Shown: positions 9,547 to 20,469, counted from the stretch's first letter. The stretch: DNA of 64,000 bases from an uncultured delta proteobacterium (GCA_963695875.1 CAVOID010000009.1:1-64000), one strand, 5' to 3'. Notes: generated from the letters alone by a model not told the origin. Made by a program: numbers and translations.

Positions 9547-11330
9547 ATAAAGAAGAGAAGGCAAACATTAAAACATCCCCATTCAAGGCTTTCACTGTGC
9601 ATGATTGTTAAGAATGAAGCTGAAAACTTAGCCCCTTGTATCAATCCTCTGAAGCCGGTAGTTGATGAAATCATTGTGGTCGATACAGGATCAACAGACA
9701 ATACTAAAGAGATTGCAGAGCAATTAGGGGCTAAAGTCTTTGACTTTCCCTGGTGTGACGACTTCAGCGCCGCACGCAATGAGTCGATCCGACATGCTAC
9801 CGGGGATTATATCCTGTGGCTCGATGCAGACGATAGGGTCGATGAATCGGAGGTTCAAAAAATCGGCCTTCTGAAAAGGAGGTTTCCCTTCAAAAAAGAC
9901 GAGGCTTACTACGGCATCGTCAACACTCAGTCTCCCATAGACGGTGATTGCCTTTATTATCAGATGAGAATCTTTCCAAGAGTAAAGGGAGTGTTATTTG
10001 AAGGAAGAGTCCATGAACAGATCTTCCATAACCTTGGAAGAATGGGAATCAAATCAGTACAAACGGACCTTGTGATCAGGCATACCGGATATAACGACGA
10101 TGGGGCGGTAATCACCAAATTAGAGAGGAATCTCAGGATCATCGAAGAGGAGCTGAAATCGGATCCAGACAATTTCCTGCTCCATTACAACGCAGCTCGT
10201 ACCCTTGGAATAAATCGGCAGGCTGAGGCGATTGCCCACATGAAGAGGATCACAGAAAATGATATGATAAGAAAGAATAAGAAGCAATTATTTCTGCAAG
10301 CCTCTTTGTTGCTGGGGAAATACCATACAGACCTAAAATTATACAATGAGGCAATCTCTATTTATAAAAACCTATCCAGAGATTTTGAAAAGAGTGGTAT
10401 GGTCCATTACCTTTTTGGTCAACTTCTTTTTTGGACCGAGGATTATAAAGAGGCGATTGAAGAATTACGTAAATCCTTGATCTTTCCCATACAGGTCGAC
10501 TTCCTTCCTGTCAATCTGGCCAAGTTTCTTATTATCAATACTATTCTTTAGGGCAATGTTATTTAGAAACAGGTGAGGCTGATCTGGCTAAAGAGATGTT
10601 CATAAAATCCCTCAATCACTATAAAGACCACATCAAGAGTCTGGAGGCCCTTGGGCTTCTCAGCCTTAAGGAACAGAAATTTAAAGAAGCCGTTGAATAT
10701 TATGAAAGGGCGATTCAAGAAGGAGGCGCTTCTGATGATAGCAATTATGCAAACCTTGGACTTGCCTATCGGAAACTTGGACTTTGGATAGAAGCGGAAA
10801 AGTCCCTGGTTAAGGCCTTAGAGATCAACCCGCAAAGAATTGAGGCATTGACCAACCTCGGACATCTCTACCATAAAAAAAAGGAGTGCCCGAAGGCTGT
10901 GGATTGTTTTATAAAGGCCCTGGATCTCGATCCGAACCTGAAGGACGTGCGGTTAGCATTGAGCGATATCTATTTTCGCTTCTACGACCTTGAGGGCCTG
11001 GTCGGACAGTGCGACGCCCTGCTGAAAGAACTGAACCTTCCCCGTAATATCGTCATTGAAAGTTTTAACGAGTTGAGTGTATTATATGAGAAAATCGGGG
11101 AGACCCTCTCAAAAAATGGACTGAGCAACCTTTCCCTTATGGCCTATCACGTCTCTTTTATGATCCATCCCTCTAGAGGAGTATTAGACAAGATCCTTCC
11201 CATGGCCCAGATTTCAAAGGTTCTTGAAAGTTCGCGAGAAAAAATCCATGAGGCATTGGTATTTCACAAGCAACAAGACCAGGACGTGGCCATAGAGTTT
11301 GATTCGCCTACCCCAACGCTACGCCCGTAG
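9543..11330 (+). CDS. GT2 glycosyltransferase with TPR repeats (flagellin glycosyltransferase-like); frameshifts near 9549 and 10529
   Basis: LSLCMIVKNE, VVDTGSTD, W.DDFSAARN, WLDADD, F.GRVHEQ, H.GY; multiple TPRs. Confidence 0.85.
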
Positions 11331-11434
11331 TTTAAGCTCACCGCAATGACGGAAAAATGATCTTTTACGGTGCCGTCAAGAATAATGCCATTGTAAAAAG
11401 TCTGATTTCTCCCGTCTCTTCACGATCCTGCCGC

Positions 11435-11462
11435 TAAAGTTTATTTCTCCCTATGCCGATAA
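11435..11462 (+). promoter_or_regulatory. sigma28 promoter of flagellin
   Basis: TAAAGTTT-N12-GCCGATAA. Confidence 0.92.
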
Positions 11463-11565
11463 TAAGAGCGAATACAAGAAAGGAGGTGAAAAAAATCGTC
11501 TCACAGGAGACAGGACAGGTGATTATCAACCTTTAACACTTTAACAATTAACAACTTTAAAAATC

Positions 11566-11611
11566 TTGGCAAGGATGCCAAAAACAAAAAAAACAGTATC
11601 AAGGAGGATAC
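11566..11611 (+). promoter_or_regulatory. two CsrA-type hairpins in the fliC leader, the second containing the SD
   Basis: TTGGCA-AGGA-TGCCAA (11566-11581) and GTATC-AAGGAG-GATAC (11596-11611); csrA and fliW are in the same cluster. Confidence 0.85.
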
Positions 11612-11617
11612 AAAATC

Positions 11618-12441
11618 ATGGGATTCAGAATTCAAAATAACATCGAAGCGTTGAATGCGCAGAGGAACCTTAGTATTTCCTCTGCAGGAATGAGCAAGTC
11701 TCTTCAGAGACTTTCTTCAGGTTATCGTATTAACAGCGCCGCTGACGATGCGGCAGGGCTCGCCATTTCTCAGCAGTTCCGTGCGGACATAGCCAGCTAC
11801 AAGGTGGCAAAACAGAATGTGTCTGAGGCCAATGCGTTGCTGCAGGTCGCTGAAGGCGCCATGGATCAGATCGGAAATATATTGACGAGATTAAAGGAAC
11901 TGGCCACCCAGGCAGCTTCTGCCAATGCCGGTGCAAACATCGACAAGATCAACGCGGAAGGTAATACACTGATTGACAGAAATGGATCGGATCGCTAATT
12001 CGACGAAGTATGCGAATACCGTACTGCTCAATGGAACTTTCCCAACAGCTACATTCCAGGTTGGTACGTCGAACAATGCAAACGACCAGATCAGCTATCA
12101 CGCTCGGGAGTGTGTCTTCCGCCGCCCTTGGACTTTCTACAGATCTCACTTGCCACCGCAACACTGGCGCGGCGTTCCTCGACACGCTCAACACTGCCAT
12201 CAGTACTCTGAGTGACACGCGCGGTGCCGTCGGTGCGGCGCAAAACAGACTTGGGTATGCTAACGCCAACCTCTCCGTCACCATGGAGAACTATACCGCT
12301 GCGGAATCAACCATCCGTGACGTGGATATGGCTGCGGAAATGACGACCTTCACGAAGAACCAGATCCTGGTCCAGGCCGGTACGGCAATGCTTGCCCAGG
12401 CGAACGTGGCTTCACAGCAAGTACTCTCGTTGTTCAAATAA
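11618..12441 (+). CDS. fliC: flagellin (short, about 273 aa); two +1 frameshifts near 11978 and 12093
   Basis: RIQNNIEALNAQRNL..LQRLSSGYRINSAADDAAGLAIS; RGAVGAAQNRL, AAESTIRDVDMAAEMTTFTKNQILVQAGTAMLAQAN. Confidence 0.96.
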
Positions 12442-12468
12442 CTTAATATCCTAACCCTTAACCGGAGA

Positions 12469-12507
12469 CCCCGCAATTTCATCACCGAATTGCGGGGCTT
12501 CTTTTTT
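12469..12507 (+). terminator. Rho-independent terminator after fliC
   Basis: CCCCGCAATT-N9-AATTGCGGGG followed by CTTCTTTTTT. Confidence 0.88.
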
Positions 12508-12536
12508 GGCAGATTTCTTGCTTTCTATATAAAAAT

Positions 12537-12695
12537 GGGAGCTTTGCACAATACCCAATTTGTCACGTGTGAATCCTTCGCATTTGCCAAGGATAAACTG
12601 CTGTAAAGCCATATCATAACATGTTGATAATACGATAGATTTCCCTGTCGCTTTGCTCCTCGCAATGACGTTTCAGTTAATTATTCAAAGCTCTC
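12537..12695. mobile_element. MITE-like relic with GAGA[CG]CTTTG-type terminal inverted repeats
   Basis: GGGAGCTTTG...CAAAGCTCTC ends; internal GTCGCTTTGCTCCTCGCAATGAC palindromic-element-like half; no ORF. Confidence 0.5.
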
Positions 12696-12703
12696 AAAAG
12701 TGC

Positions 12704-12731
12704 TCAAGTTTCGGGAATATTTTGCCGATAT
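12704..12731 (+). promoter_or_regulatory. sigma28 promoter of fliD-fliS operon
   Basis: TCAAGTTT-N12-GCCGATAT. Confidence 0.8.
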
Positions 12732-12803
12732 TGATTATGAAACACAGGTCATTTTTAACACGTATCGTTAAAGCCTGACAGGAATATAAGAAAGGATTTT
12801 CAA

Positions 12804-14429
12804 ATGGCTCTTAGCACCAATTTCGTCAGCGGTCTTTCCAGCGGCATTGACTGGAGCACCATGGTTGATAATCTCATTGCCGTCGATCACAAGCGGGTCG
12901 ACCTCATCACCAGCCAACAGAGCGATTATCAGGCGAAGCTCAAGGAGTGGCAGTCCTTTAATACCAAATTGCTTGCCCTCAAAACTGCAGCAGACAGCCT
13001 AAAGAATCCGGAAGATTTCGGTATGTTCAAGGCTTCGATGACGACGGACAGTTTGACGGTCAAGGGCTCCGACCTGATGACGGTTACTGCTTCGTCAACG
13101 GCATCCATCGGATCATACCAGATAAAGGTCAACAATATTGCTGCAGCTGAAAAATTACGGTCCGTCACTTATGCCGACGCATCCGCCGCACTCGGCTCCA
13201 GCTATGCCGGGGATATTTTGATCAACGGTAAAACTGTTTCGATCGACGCCACTGACAGCCTGACCACCGTGCAAAATAAGATCAACAACGCGAACACCGG
13301 TGCGAGCCCGACGGGCGTCACGGCCAGCATCATCAAATACGGGGCGAGCGATTACCGCCTGACTCTTACCAGTGATACAACAGGAGCAGCAGGTATTGTT
13401 CTCAGACGGCGCGTCCGGATATTCTCTCTAAGTTCAGTTTTAGCGATGGTAGTGAACGGGGTGGACGCTTCGATTACTGTGGATGGTGTGGACATATCGC
13501 AGGCAAGCAACACGGTTGATGATGTCATTACCGGTGTATCTATCGATTTGCTCAAGGCCGATGCCGACACAACCGTCACGCTCAACATTAATCGGGACAT
13601 TGACTGCCATTAAAAGTAAGATCCAGGACTTCGTGAGCAAGTATAATGACGTGGCATCCTATATCAATACACAGAATTCTTACGATACAACGACAAAGAA
13701 AACGGGGGGTCTTCTTTTCGGAGACGGAACTCTCTTCTCCGTGAAGTCCGATCTCACCTCCGTCGTTACCGAGTCCATATGGGGCGTCGACAGCCAGTTC
13801 TCCATCATGGGTCTTGTCGGAATAAACATCGACACCAAAGGACAATTAAGTGTCGACGACACAACATTAACAGAATACCTGCAGACCAACTTCAACGATA
13901 TCGTGTCACTCTTTGTCGGACAGGGACTACGTCGTCGAGCAGCCTTGAGTATATAGGGCATACACAGAATTCAAAGGCAGGGGAATATACCGTTAATATT
14001 ATTACCGCGGGACTGAATGTTTCCGGAACCATCAACGGCGAAGCCGCAACCGGCTCCGGACAGATTCTGACAGGAAACACCGATAATGCCAATACAGAGG
14101 GACTTTCTGTAAAATACACAGGAATGGACACCGGTGATATCGGAACGATTAAGTTTACGACCGGGGTGGCAGAACTCTTTGACAGGACATTGTTCAGTAT
14201 TACAGACCCGTACGAAGGCTATGTATCATTCAAGGAGTCGTCGCTTCAAAACAGTATAGACGACTCTCAAACAAGAATTGACCAGATGGAAGCCCAGCTT
14301 CTACTGAAGAAGCAAACAATGATCAACAGCTTTGTCATGATGGAAACGGCACTGAACAATATCCAGACTCAGAGCAGTTGGCTCACCAGCCAGATTAGCG
14401 CCGCAGAGGGCGGCTGGAAAGCATTATAA
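12804..14429 (+). CDS. fliD: flagellar filament cap FliD; frameshifts near 13605 and 13927
   Basis: VSGLSSGIDWSTMV, ASNTVDDVITGVSIDL, IQDFVSKYND, GLLFGDG, METALNNIQTQSSWL. Confidence 0.93.
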
Positions 14430-14455
14430 CCTTAGGGATAAGGAGAATAAATCAT

Positions 14456-14911
14456 ATGTACGGTAACGGTAATGGTAATGGCATTGGGGCCTACCAGCAG
14501 GTCGGAGCGATGACAGCAGACCCCAAGAGGCTGGTTTTGATGTGCTATGAGGAAGCGATACGGAATTTGAAGATTGCCAAGGCAAAGTATATTTCCCGTG
14601 ATTATGAAGAAAAAGCGCGGGCGTTAATTAAAGCGCAGGATTTTATTTGTGCACTCAACTCGGCACTCGATTTTGAAAAGGGAGGTGAAATAGCTTCAAA
14701 CTTGCACGCCCTTTATAATTATATGATGCATCGTCTAACGGAAGCGGACCTGCAAAGAGACCTGAAAGCGATTGATCACATTGTCTGGATGTTAGTGGAA
14801 CTGAAGGCGGCCTGGGAAGACATTCTTAACGGCCACCGTAAGGATATAGACCCCAGGACTCCATCGTATCACCGATCAGGAGAAAGAAACCACAAGCTAT
14901 CAGAGAAATGA
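14456..14911 (+). CDS. fliS: flagellin chaperone FliS
   Basis: TADPKRLVLMCYE, KAQDFICALNSALDFEKGGEIASNLHALYNYM, ELKAAWE. Confidence 0.95.
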   Translation: MYGNGNGNGIGAYQQVGAMTADPKRLVLMCYEEAIRNLKIAKAKYISRDYEEKARALIKAQDFICALNSALDFEKGGEIASNLHALYNYMMHRLTEADLQRDLKAIDHIVWMLVELKAAWEDILNGHRKDIDPRTPSYHRSGERNHKLSEK

Positions 14912-14922
14912 GGGTATAAGAA

Positions 14923-15382
14923 ATGACAAACCAAAAATCATCAGCGGCATCCGCCGATCTCTCCAGGCTCTGTGAATTATTAGAGCAAAAAATTGCTATT
15001 TTTAAAGATTTCATGTCTGCAACCACATCCTTGAAGGATATGATTGAACAGCATAATGTGGAAGCGATTGAAATGTTGATTGCCCGGCGTCACGAATATA
15101 TAACCTTGATTGGCAGAGTGGACAAGGCAATCCGCCGGATCAGGGAGGCAAATCCCTCTTATGAAGCCCCGGAAGCACGGAAGCGAATCCAATCCCTTAT
15201 GACAACTCTCGAAAATTTGATTAATAAAACCGTGAGATTAAACCAGGACTTGTGAGGTCGCCGCAGAAGATGAGCTCGATATGCTGAAGAACGATTTGTC
15301 TGGTCTCGGCCACAGGCAGAAGTGGTTCAAGGGTTACGGAGGAAAATCCGGGGAGCCCCGATTCCTGGATGTTAAGACATAA
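14923..15382 (+). CDS. FliT/FlgN-like helical flagellar chaperone; +1 frameshift near 15250
   Basis: Follows fliS; all-helical; corrected C-terminus ...KGYGGKSGEPRFLDVKT*. Confidence 0.6.
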
Positions 15383-15399
15383 AGCTATTAAAAAAGGTA

Positions 15400-15426
15400 T
15401 AAAGTTTTTCGCAAAAATGCCGATAA
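15400..15426 (+). promoter_or_regulatory. sigma28 promoter of flaG
   Basis: TAAAGTTT-N11-GCCGATAA. Confidence 0.9.
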
Positions 15427-15454
15427 ATATAATGAAAGGAGCAAGAAGATAACA

Positions 15455-15811
15455 ATGGACATGGCAATTTCAAATATAAATGCAGGATCAAATTTGCCTC
15501 AAATTGCAATGCCGGGTTCGGCCTCAAATATCCCCGACAAACAAGAGTCTTCTGCCAAGGCACCCGTAGAATCCACAGCTCTCAGCGGTGAAGCAGTAAA
15601 ACAAATGCTTGCGCAAATTCAGAGCCAGCTGGAATCCATGAACATCAGTCTGAGCTTCTCAAGGTATGGAAAAAACGACGATAGTATCAGTGTAGTTGTT
15701 ACAGAGAAAAATACAGGAAAGGTTGTACGCGAAATCCCCCCTGAGGAACTTCAAAATTTATATACAAAACTGGGGGAACTAATCGGCATCATCTTCAATC
15801 ATTCCGCTTAA
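15455..15811 (+). CDS. flaG: flagellar protein FlaG
   Basis: SLSFS..ISVVVTEKNTGKVVREIPPEELQNL..GIIFN. Confidence 0.92.
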   Translation: MDMAISNINAGSNLPQIAMPGSASNIPDKQESSAKAPVESTALSGEAVKQMLAQIQSQLESMNISLSFSRYGKNDDSISVVVTEKNTGKVVREIPPEELQNLYTKLGELIGIIFNHSA

Positions 15812-15847
15812 GGGATAACATCCCACTGCAGTGACTTTGTTTATTTT

Positions 15848-16342
15848 TCACAGGGAAGCTGCCTCGCAATCATCCTTCTTCTTACAATCTCCAGCTGTAG
15901 AAGCCTCTTCACCAGAACCCGATACTGTTAGGTTATACCGAACGGGATACGCCATATTTTCGAGTATAACCTGTTTGGCAATCTTCTTTCTAGCATTGAC
16001 CACTATAGGCGCCCTGAGGTTAACAGAAACCAAAAAGGGATTTTGACGGATGGTCACAATAGTAAGCAGAACCACATCGCCTGCACTTTCTATTTCAAGA
16101 AGTTTCGTATCATTATCGTCTATCACCGGCTCATAGTCCGCTTTTACGACAAATGGATTGATCACGACAAAGGCAATCGCGCCTTCGTCAAGGGACTGTA
16201 GCCACCAGAACGGGTTTTCCCCATCCTGTATATGCAGCACAAATTTCTTCAGGTGTTCGAATCCGATGATTCCTGCTCTCATATCTAGGATCTCGGATTC
16301 ATCCACATCGATCTCCCCAAAGCGCGCGGTAATTATATTCAC
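15848..16342 (-). CDS. fliW: flagellar assembly factor FliW
   Basis: TARFGEI, GIIGFE, PFWWLQS, FVVINPF..DY, SVNLRAPIVVN..QVIL. Confidence 0.95.
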   Translation of the reverse strand: MNIITARFGEIDVDESEILDMRAGIIGFEHLKKFVLHIQDGENPFWWLQSLDEGAIAFVVINPFVVKADYEPVIDDNDTKLLEIESAGDVVLLTIVTIRQNPFLVSVNLRAPIVVNARKKIAKQVILENMAYPVRYNLTVSGSGEEASTAGDCKKKDDCEAASL

Positions 16343-16403
16343 GCTATAAACCTCCTTTGTACGAATATTTCCGAAATACTTAATATGGCGCCTTCCTGTA
16401 TTT

Positions 16404-16668
16404 TCAACGTTCTTGTTGATCTCTTAACAGCAAATGTTTCAATCCATCCCAGATATTGGGCAGGGTCTCCTTTTCGAAACTCTCAACATTTGCAGCCTGT
16501 ATATTCTGTTCCCTGATTAGACTGGTATATTTCTTCTCTATGAACGGCAATATGAGGTGGGGCCTCGATTCCAATTCTGACCTGTTTCCCCTTTGTTTCC
16601 AGAAAAGTAATTTTAATATCATCACCGATTGTAATAGACTCACCCAACTTCCGTGTCAGGATTAACAT
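16404..16668 (-). CDS. csrA: carbon storage regulator CsrA with C-terminal (FliW-type) extension; +1 frameshift near 16523
   Basis: [47 protein letters not shown]. Confidence 0.95.
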
Positions 16669-16700
16669 TATTTCTCCTTCTTTTATCGGGCAATATTTAT

Positions 16701-17918
16701 CTATCTAAGAAAATTGAGGATAGAAATGCTCCCCATATCCCCTGCCATTTTATAAGTAGCCTGCAGGGCTACTTGCTTCATCTGATATTCTGTGATCAGC
16801 GCTGCCATATCAGCATCTTCAATATTTGAAGTAAGACTGGTCAACCGTGTATCCATATCCTGAAGTGCAGTATTGGAGGCATCCAGACCATTCGTCCGGG
16901 TACCACATTGCGCTGTATAACGGTCGATCTGATCGCTGGCTTGATTGAGGAGATCAAGTTGATTTCTGACGCCGTCAGCGTCATCGTTCTCAAGGGCGGT
17001 TTTCAAATCGTCCAATACCTTGAAAATATCGACAGTACCTTGTCCTTGATTTGTAAACGCAGCTTCTCCCGTGACACTGTAATTTGACGTAACACCCATC
17101 CCGACTTCACTGGAAAGTTCTTCACCGTTGCCATTGTAATAGCCCGGTGCATAGGCGTGTACATAGAATATGTCATTGGCTGCCAGATTAACGGTCCCTG
17201 TTGTAAACGTGAGCTCTATACCGTCGCCGACGGTCACGGGAGCACTCAAGTTGCTCTGTGTAGCACCCCATGTCTTTCCGCCGTCTGTCGAAATCTGGTA
17301 TGTTGAGGCAGCTAGAGTTCCACCCGTAATTATCTTGATCGCGTAGGTCTTGTTTGTTGCACCCGTATAGGCGCCGCTCGAAGTTACAGTCCCATCAAAT
17401 GTATTCCCGCTTGCCGCGACAGGAGTATCAATTCGTGTAACTGCCGATGCCGTTGCAGAGAATGGCTCTGTATCGGTTCTTGTACCGGAGAAGAGATACC
17501 TGTTCCCGAATTTTGAATTAGCAAGGGAACGAATCTGGTCAATGAGTGGCTGAAGAGAATCGGCGGCAATCTGCCTCGTTGAAGCGGACGCAGTCGCACT
17601 GGCCTGTGCGACTGCCGTTTCTTTGACCTTTGTCAGAATATCGTTTACATTCGTTAAACTTGACTCTGTAGCTGAGAGCCATGACTTGCTGCTATCAATA
17701 TTCCCCGTGTAGCTGCTGATCTGCGCCTTCACGGCCCTGTAATCCAGAATTTTACCCATACCAAGGGGATCATCAGATGGTTTGTTAACCTGCTTCTGTG
17801 AAGCCATCTTCTCCATTATCTCGCCATATTTACTCTGAGTATTATATATACTGTTATTCAACAAGTCATACTTCATTTGATCGGTAACGCGTGTTATCAT
17901 AATCTCACCTTGTCTCAC
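16701..17918 (-). CDS. flgL: hook-associated protein 3 FlgL
   Basis: [49 protein letters not shown]. Confidence 0.94.
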   Translation of the reverse strand: MRQGEIMITRVTDQMKYDLLNNSIYNTQSKYGEIMEKMASQKQVNKPSDDPLGMGKILDYRAVKAQISSYTGNIDSSKSWLSATESSLTNVNDILTKVKETAVAQASATASASTRQIAADSLQPLIDQIRSLANSKFGNRYLFSGTRTDTEPFSATASAVTRIDTPVAASGNTFDGTVTSSGAYTGATNKTYAIKIITGGTLAASTYQISTDGGKTWGATQSNLSAPVTVGDGIELTFTTGTVNLAANDIFYVHAYAPGYYNGNGEELSSEVGMGVTSNYSVTGEAAFTNQGQGTVDIFKVLDDLKTALENDDADGVRNQLDLLNQASDQIDRYTAQCGTRTNGLDASNTALQDMDTRLTSLTSNIEDADMAALITEYQMKQVALQATYKMAGDMGSISILNFLR

Positions 17919-17971
17919 TTACCTAAATTAATCAGCGTGTCCATTATTTTAATAATACGATGGACTCATGT

Positions 17972-19390
17972 TTAAGAACTTATGGCCGTTTCTATCCCTA
18001 AATTAATCAAAGTACCCATCATTGTATTAACAATCGCAGCCAGCCTGCCGGCGGCATTGTAAGCGGCCTGATACTTGATCAGGTTCAACATCTCTTCATC
18101 AAGAGAAACACCTGAAACGGCGTCTCTCTCACTTTGTACCTGGTTCGCGATTGCCGTCTGATGATCCAGGCTGAGTTTCGCATTTGCAACATCATTGCCC
18201 ACTCTAGCTATGACGGTTTGATAAAAATTGTCGATGGTTGAGGAACCGCCTGCCATGAGCAAGCCATCCTTGATATTATTTATCAAGCGGGCATTATCAC
18301 CGTCACTATTAACGGTTGCGGAGGCGGCAACCTTCCTCACATCAGCGATCATTGCCGGATCAACCTGCATATCCTTTGCACGGATCGTTGCTGGCGGCAG
18401 CGGTTCCGAAAAAAAGTTTCCCCCCACATTGCCGTTTAGATCGTAGCCTGATCTGTGCTGAGCATTGACTTCAGTGACGATTGCTGATGCCATATCGTCA
18501 AGATCGTTGAGGTAACCGGCGACCTTTGAATCTCTGACGTCGAGCAGCCCGGCCAACTTGCCCCCTTGCAGTCGGTCGTTGATCGCTACACCAGGTGCGT
18601 CTTGGAAAAAAACGTCATAATAATTTGAATTCGCCGGATTGGGCGACACATCAAGCTTCCAAGCGTTTGTCCCCTCTACGAGGGACCTGCCGTTAGAAAT
18701 AAAAATGTTCAGTGATCCATTCGCTTCTTCATAGTAATTCACATCGATGATCTGGCTGATCTTCTGCAAAAGCTCCGCTCTTTGGTCTCTCGCACTCGCT
18801 GCGCTCCCGCCGCTGATCTCAGTCTCGACAATCTTGGTGTTCAAATCCACCATACTGTCAAGGTCCTTGTTCAGTTCTGTTACGTTGTCAGAAATAAGAT
18901 TATTCGTGTCACTCTGTATGCTGATGAGTTCGTTCGCCTTTTCTCTGAACATGGAAGAAAGGCTCTGAGATACAGATATCAGGTTGTCTCGCTCAGTGAT
19001 TCCTGTCGGATTTGCAGAAAGCTGCGACCAGGCATCCCAGAATTTCGATAACAGTTCGTTGATCCCCCCGCCGGTGCTTTCGTTGAATATTCCCTCTACC
19101 CTGTTGAGGACATCCATCTGTGCATTATTATATCCGACTCCCTGTTCCTGTTGAACCATCTGAGCCTCGAGATATTTATCGTATAGTCTCTGGATATCAG
19201 TTATTTTAACTCCGAATTGCCCCTGTTCATGCGAAGAATCAATAACGCCGATGGAACCGAAGGTGGGGCGTAATCTCGAGTAACCCGGTGTATCTACATT
19301 GGCAATATTGTTACCGGTCACATTGAGAGCGGTAAGATTGCTTAAAATAGCTTCCCTTGTGGTATTTAATACGCGACCTATATCTCCCAT
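17972..19390 (-). CDS. flgK: hook-associated protein 1 FlgK
   Basis: TGNNIANVDTPGYSR, GGKLAGLL, SGVSLDEEMLNLIKYQAAYNAAGR. Confidence 0.96.
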   Translation of the reverse strand: MGDIGRVLNTTREAILSNLTALNVTGNNIANVDTPGYSRLRPTFGSIGVIDSSHEQGQFGVKITDIQRLYDKYLEAQMVQQEQGVGYNNAQMDVLNRVEGIFNESTGGGINELLSKFWDAWSQLSANPTGITERDNLISVSQSLSSMFREKANELISIQSDTNNLISDNVTELNKDLDSMVDLNTKIVETEISGGSAASARDQRAELLQKISQIIDVNYYEEANGSLNIFISNGRSLVEGTNAWKLDVSPNPANSNYYDVFFQDAPGVAINDRLQGGKLAGLLDVRDSKVAGYLNDLDDMASAIVTEVNAQHRSGYDLNGNVGGNFFSEPLPPATIRAKDMQVDPAMIADVRKVAASATVNSDGDNARLINNIKDGLLMAGGSSTIDNFYQTVIARVGNDVANAKLSLDHQTAIANQVQSERDAVSGVSLDEEMLNLIKYQAAYNAAGRLAAIVNTMMGTLINLGIETAISS

Positions 19391-19393
19391 GGT

Positions 19394-19936
19394 TCATCCT
19401 TCCGTTCGCACTATTTTCCCATTCTGGGGAATGGGCCTCATCTTCCCAGACGGCATGTAGCTGGCCGAAGCCGAAGAAAAGAGGCTATGAATGAAATCGA
19501 CAGATCCCTGTAAAAAATGAAGCGAATAATCAAGGAGTTCTTTATTATTTTTATTCATTTTCCTGTTTTTTGCGAGGAGCTCGTTCAGAATGGACTGGCA
19601 TTCTTTCAATGCTTTTTCCTGAAGGGGATCGGCATAAGAACACAGGGTGGTCAGATTGATCTCCTTCTCCTCGAGATCAAGCATTTTTGCGATTTTTCTG
19701 ACAAGTTTTAATCTCCCTTCCTCCAACATTTTCGCCTTTAGTATCACTGTCTCCTTCTTACTGTTGCTTTCGAGTATCCTTTCCAGGGAAGGCTTCAATA
19801 ATATTGTCTTTTCTTGGGCGATTGTAGCCTGAAGCTCTTTATAAACCGCAATTTCCCTCTTCAGGAGATCAATTAATGAATCAAGATGGGGGTACAAATC
19901 CGTATAAAGGCTCATATTCTGCTCAATCATATCCAT
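19394..19936 (-). CDS. flgN: flagellar export chaperone FlgN
   Basis: Between flgM and flgK; coiled helical; N..N..LL..SL.F and C-terminal Y..SG motif. Confidence 0.85.
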   Translation of the reverse strand: MDMIEQNMSLYTDLYPHLDSLIDLLKREIAVYKELQATIAQEKTILLKPSLERILESNSKKETVILKAKMLEEGRLKLVRKIAKMLDLEEKEINLTTLCSYADPLQEKALKECQSILNELLAKNRKMNKNNKELLDYSLHFLQGSVDFIHSLFSSASASYMPSGKMRPIPQNGKIVRTEG

Positions 19937-20163
19937 ATCCTAATACATAATTACCTTAAAACTTTATATAGATTGCTCTTCGCATCGTCGCGGGAAGTTT
20001 AAATAGTACACTAATCTTCGTTCGCAACGACAATACCGTTCTTCAAACGTACGCACAATCTTGGCCATTCTGTAGAACCGGTCAATATGACCCTATTCTA
20101 CGCAAATGTTGCGGCAGGCTCTTGAGGATGAAACATCTGAGAAAAATGGGGGAAGAATGTTAT

Positions 20164-20469
20164 TCAGGCGAATATATCCAAAAGAGACTCTGACACCATT
20201 TTCTCAGCAACTTTTTGTCCGTTTACATCGTAAGCGCCCTTGTCAACCTGATCCTTTAATTCACGAACCTTGTCTTCGCGAACGTCAGGAAGCTGGCTAA
20301 CCGCATCTCTCAATTGCTGAATGTCTCTTGCCTTGGTGGAAAGATTTACTTTCTCCTCTGGTGCCGCATTTCCGTCGACCTTCGGTCTCGATTCATTCTG
20401 AACCTTGTCAACTTTCTGATACTGTTGAAGCGCTTGTACTGCGGCATCATCGACTTTAGAAATTTTCAT
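20164..20469 (-). CDS. flgM: anti-sigma28 factor FlgM
   Basis: EKVNLS..A, PDVREDKVRELKDQVDKGAYDVNGQKVAEKM. Confidence 0.95.
   Translation of the reverse strand: MKISKVDDAAVQALQQYQKVDKVQNESRPKVDGNAAPEEKVNLSTKARDIQQLRDAVSQLPDVREDKVRELKDQVDKGAYDVNGQKVAEKMVSESLLDIFA

Noticed and set aside
11340..11405. Fragments CGCAATGAC, CTTTTACG and GTAAAAAGTC resembling ends of other small repeat elements (also 19971-20031)
   Set aside because: Too short and degenerate to delimit an element from this window alone.
11973..12100. Programmed frameshifting or phase variation in fliC and other genes
   Set aside because: No slippery heptamers or long repeat tracts at most break points; the pattern is window-wide and fits sequencing error.
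14461..14482. GGTAAC/GGTAAT repeat encoding GNGNGNG at the FliS N-terminus
   Set aside because: Only three imperfect in-frame units; too short to call a contingency repeat.
16683..16690. CCCGATAA sigma28 -10-like box upstream of csrA
   Set aside because: No acceptable -35 element at 11-12 bp spacing.
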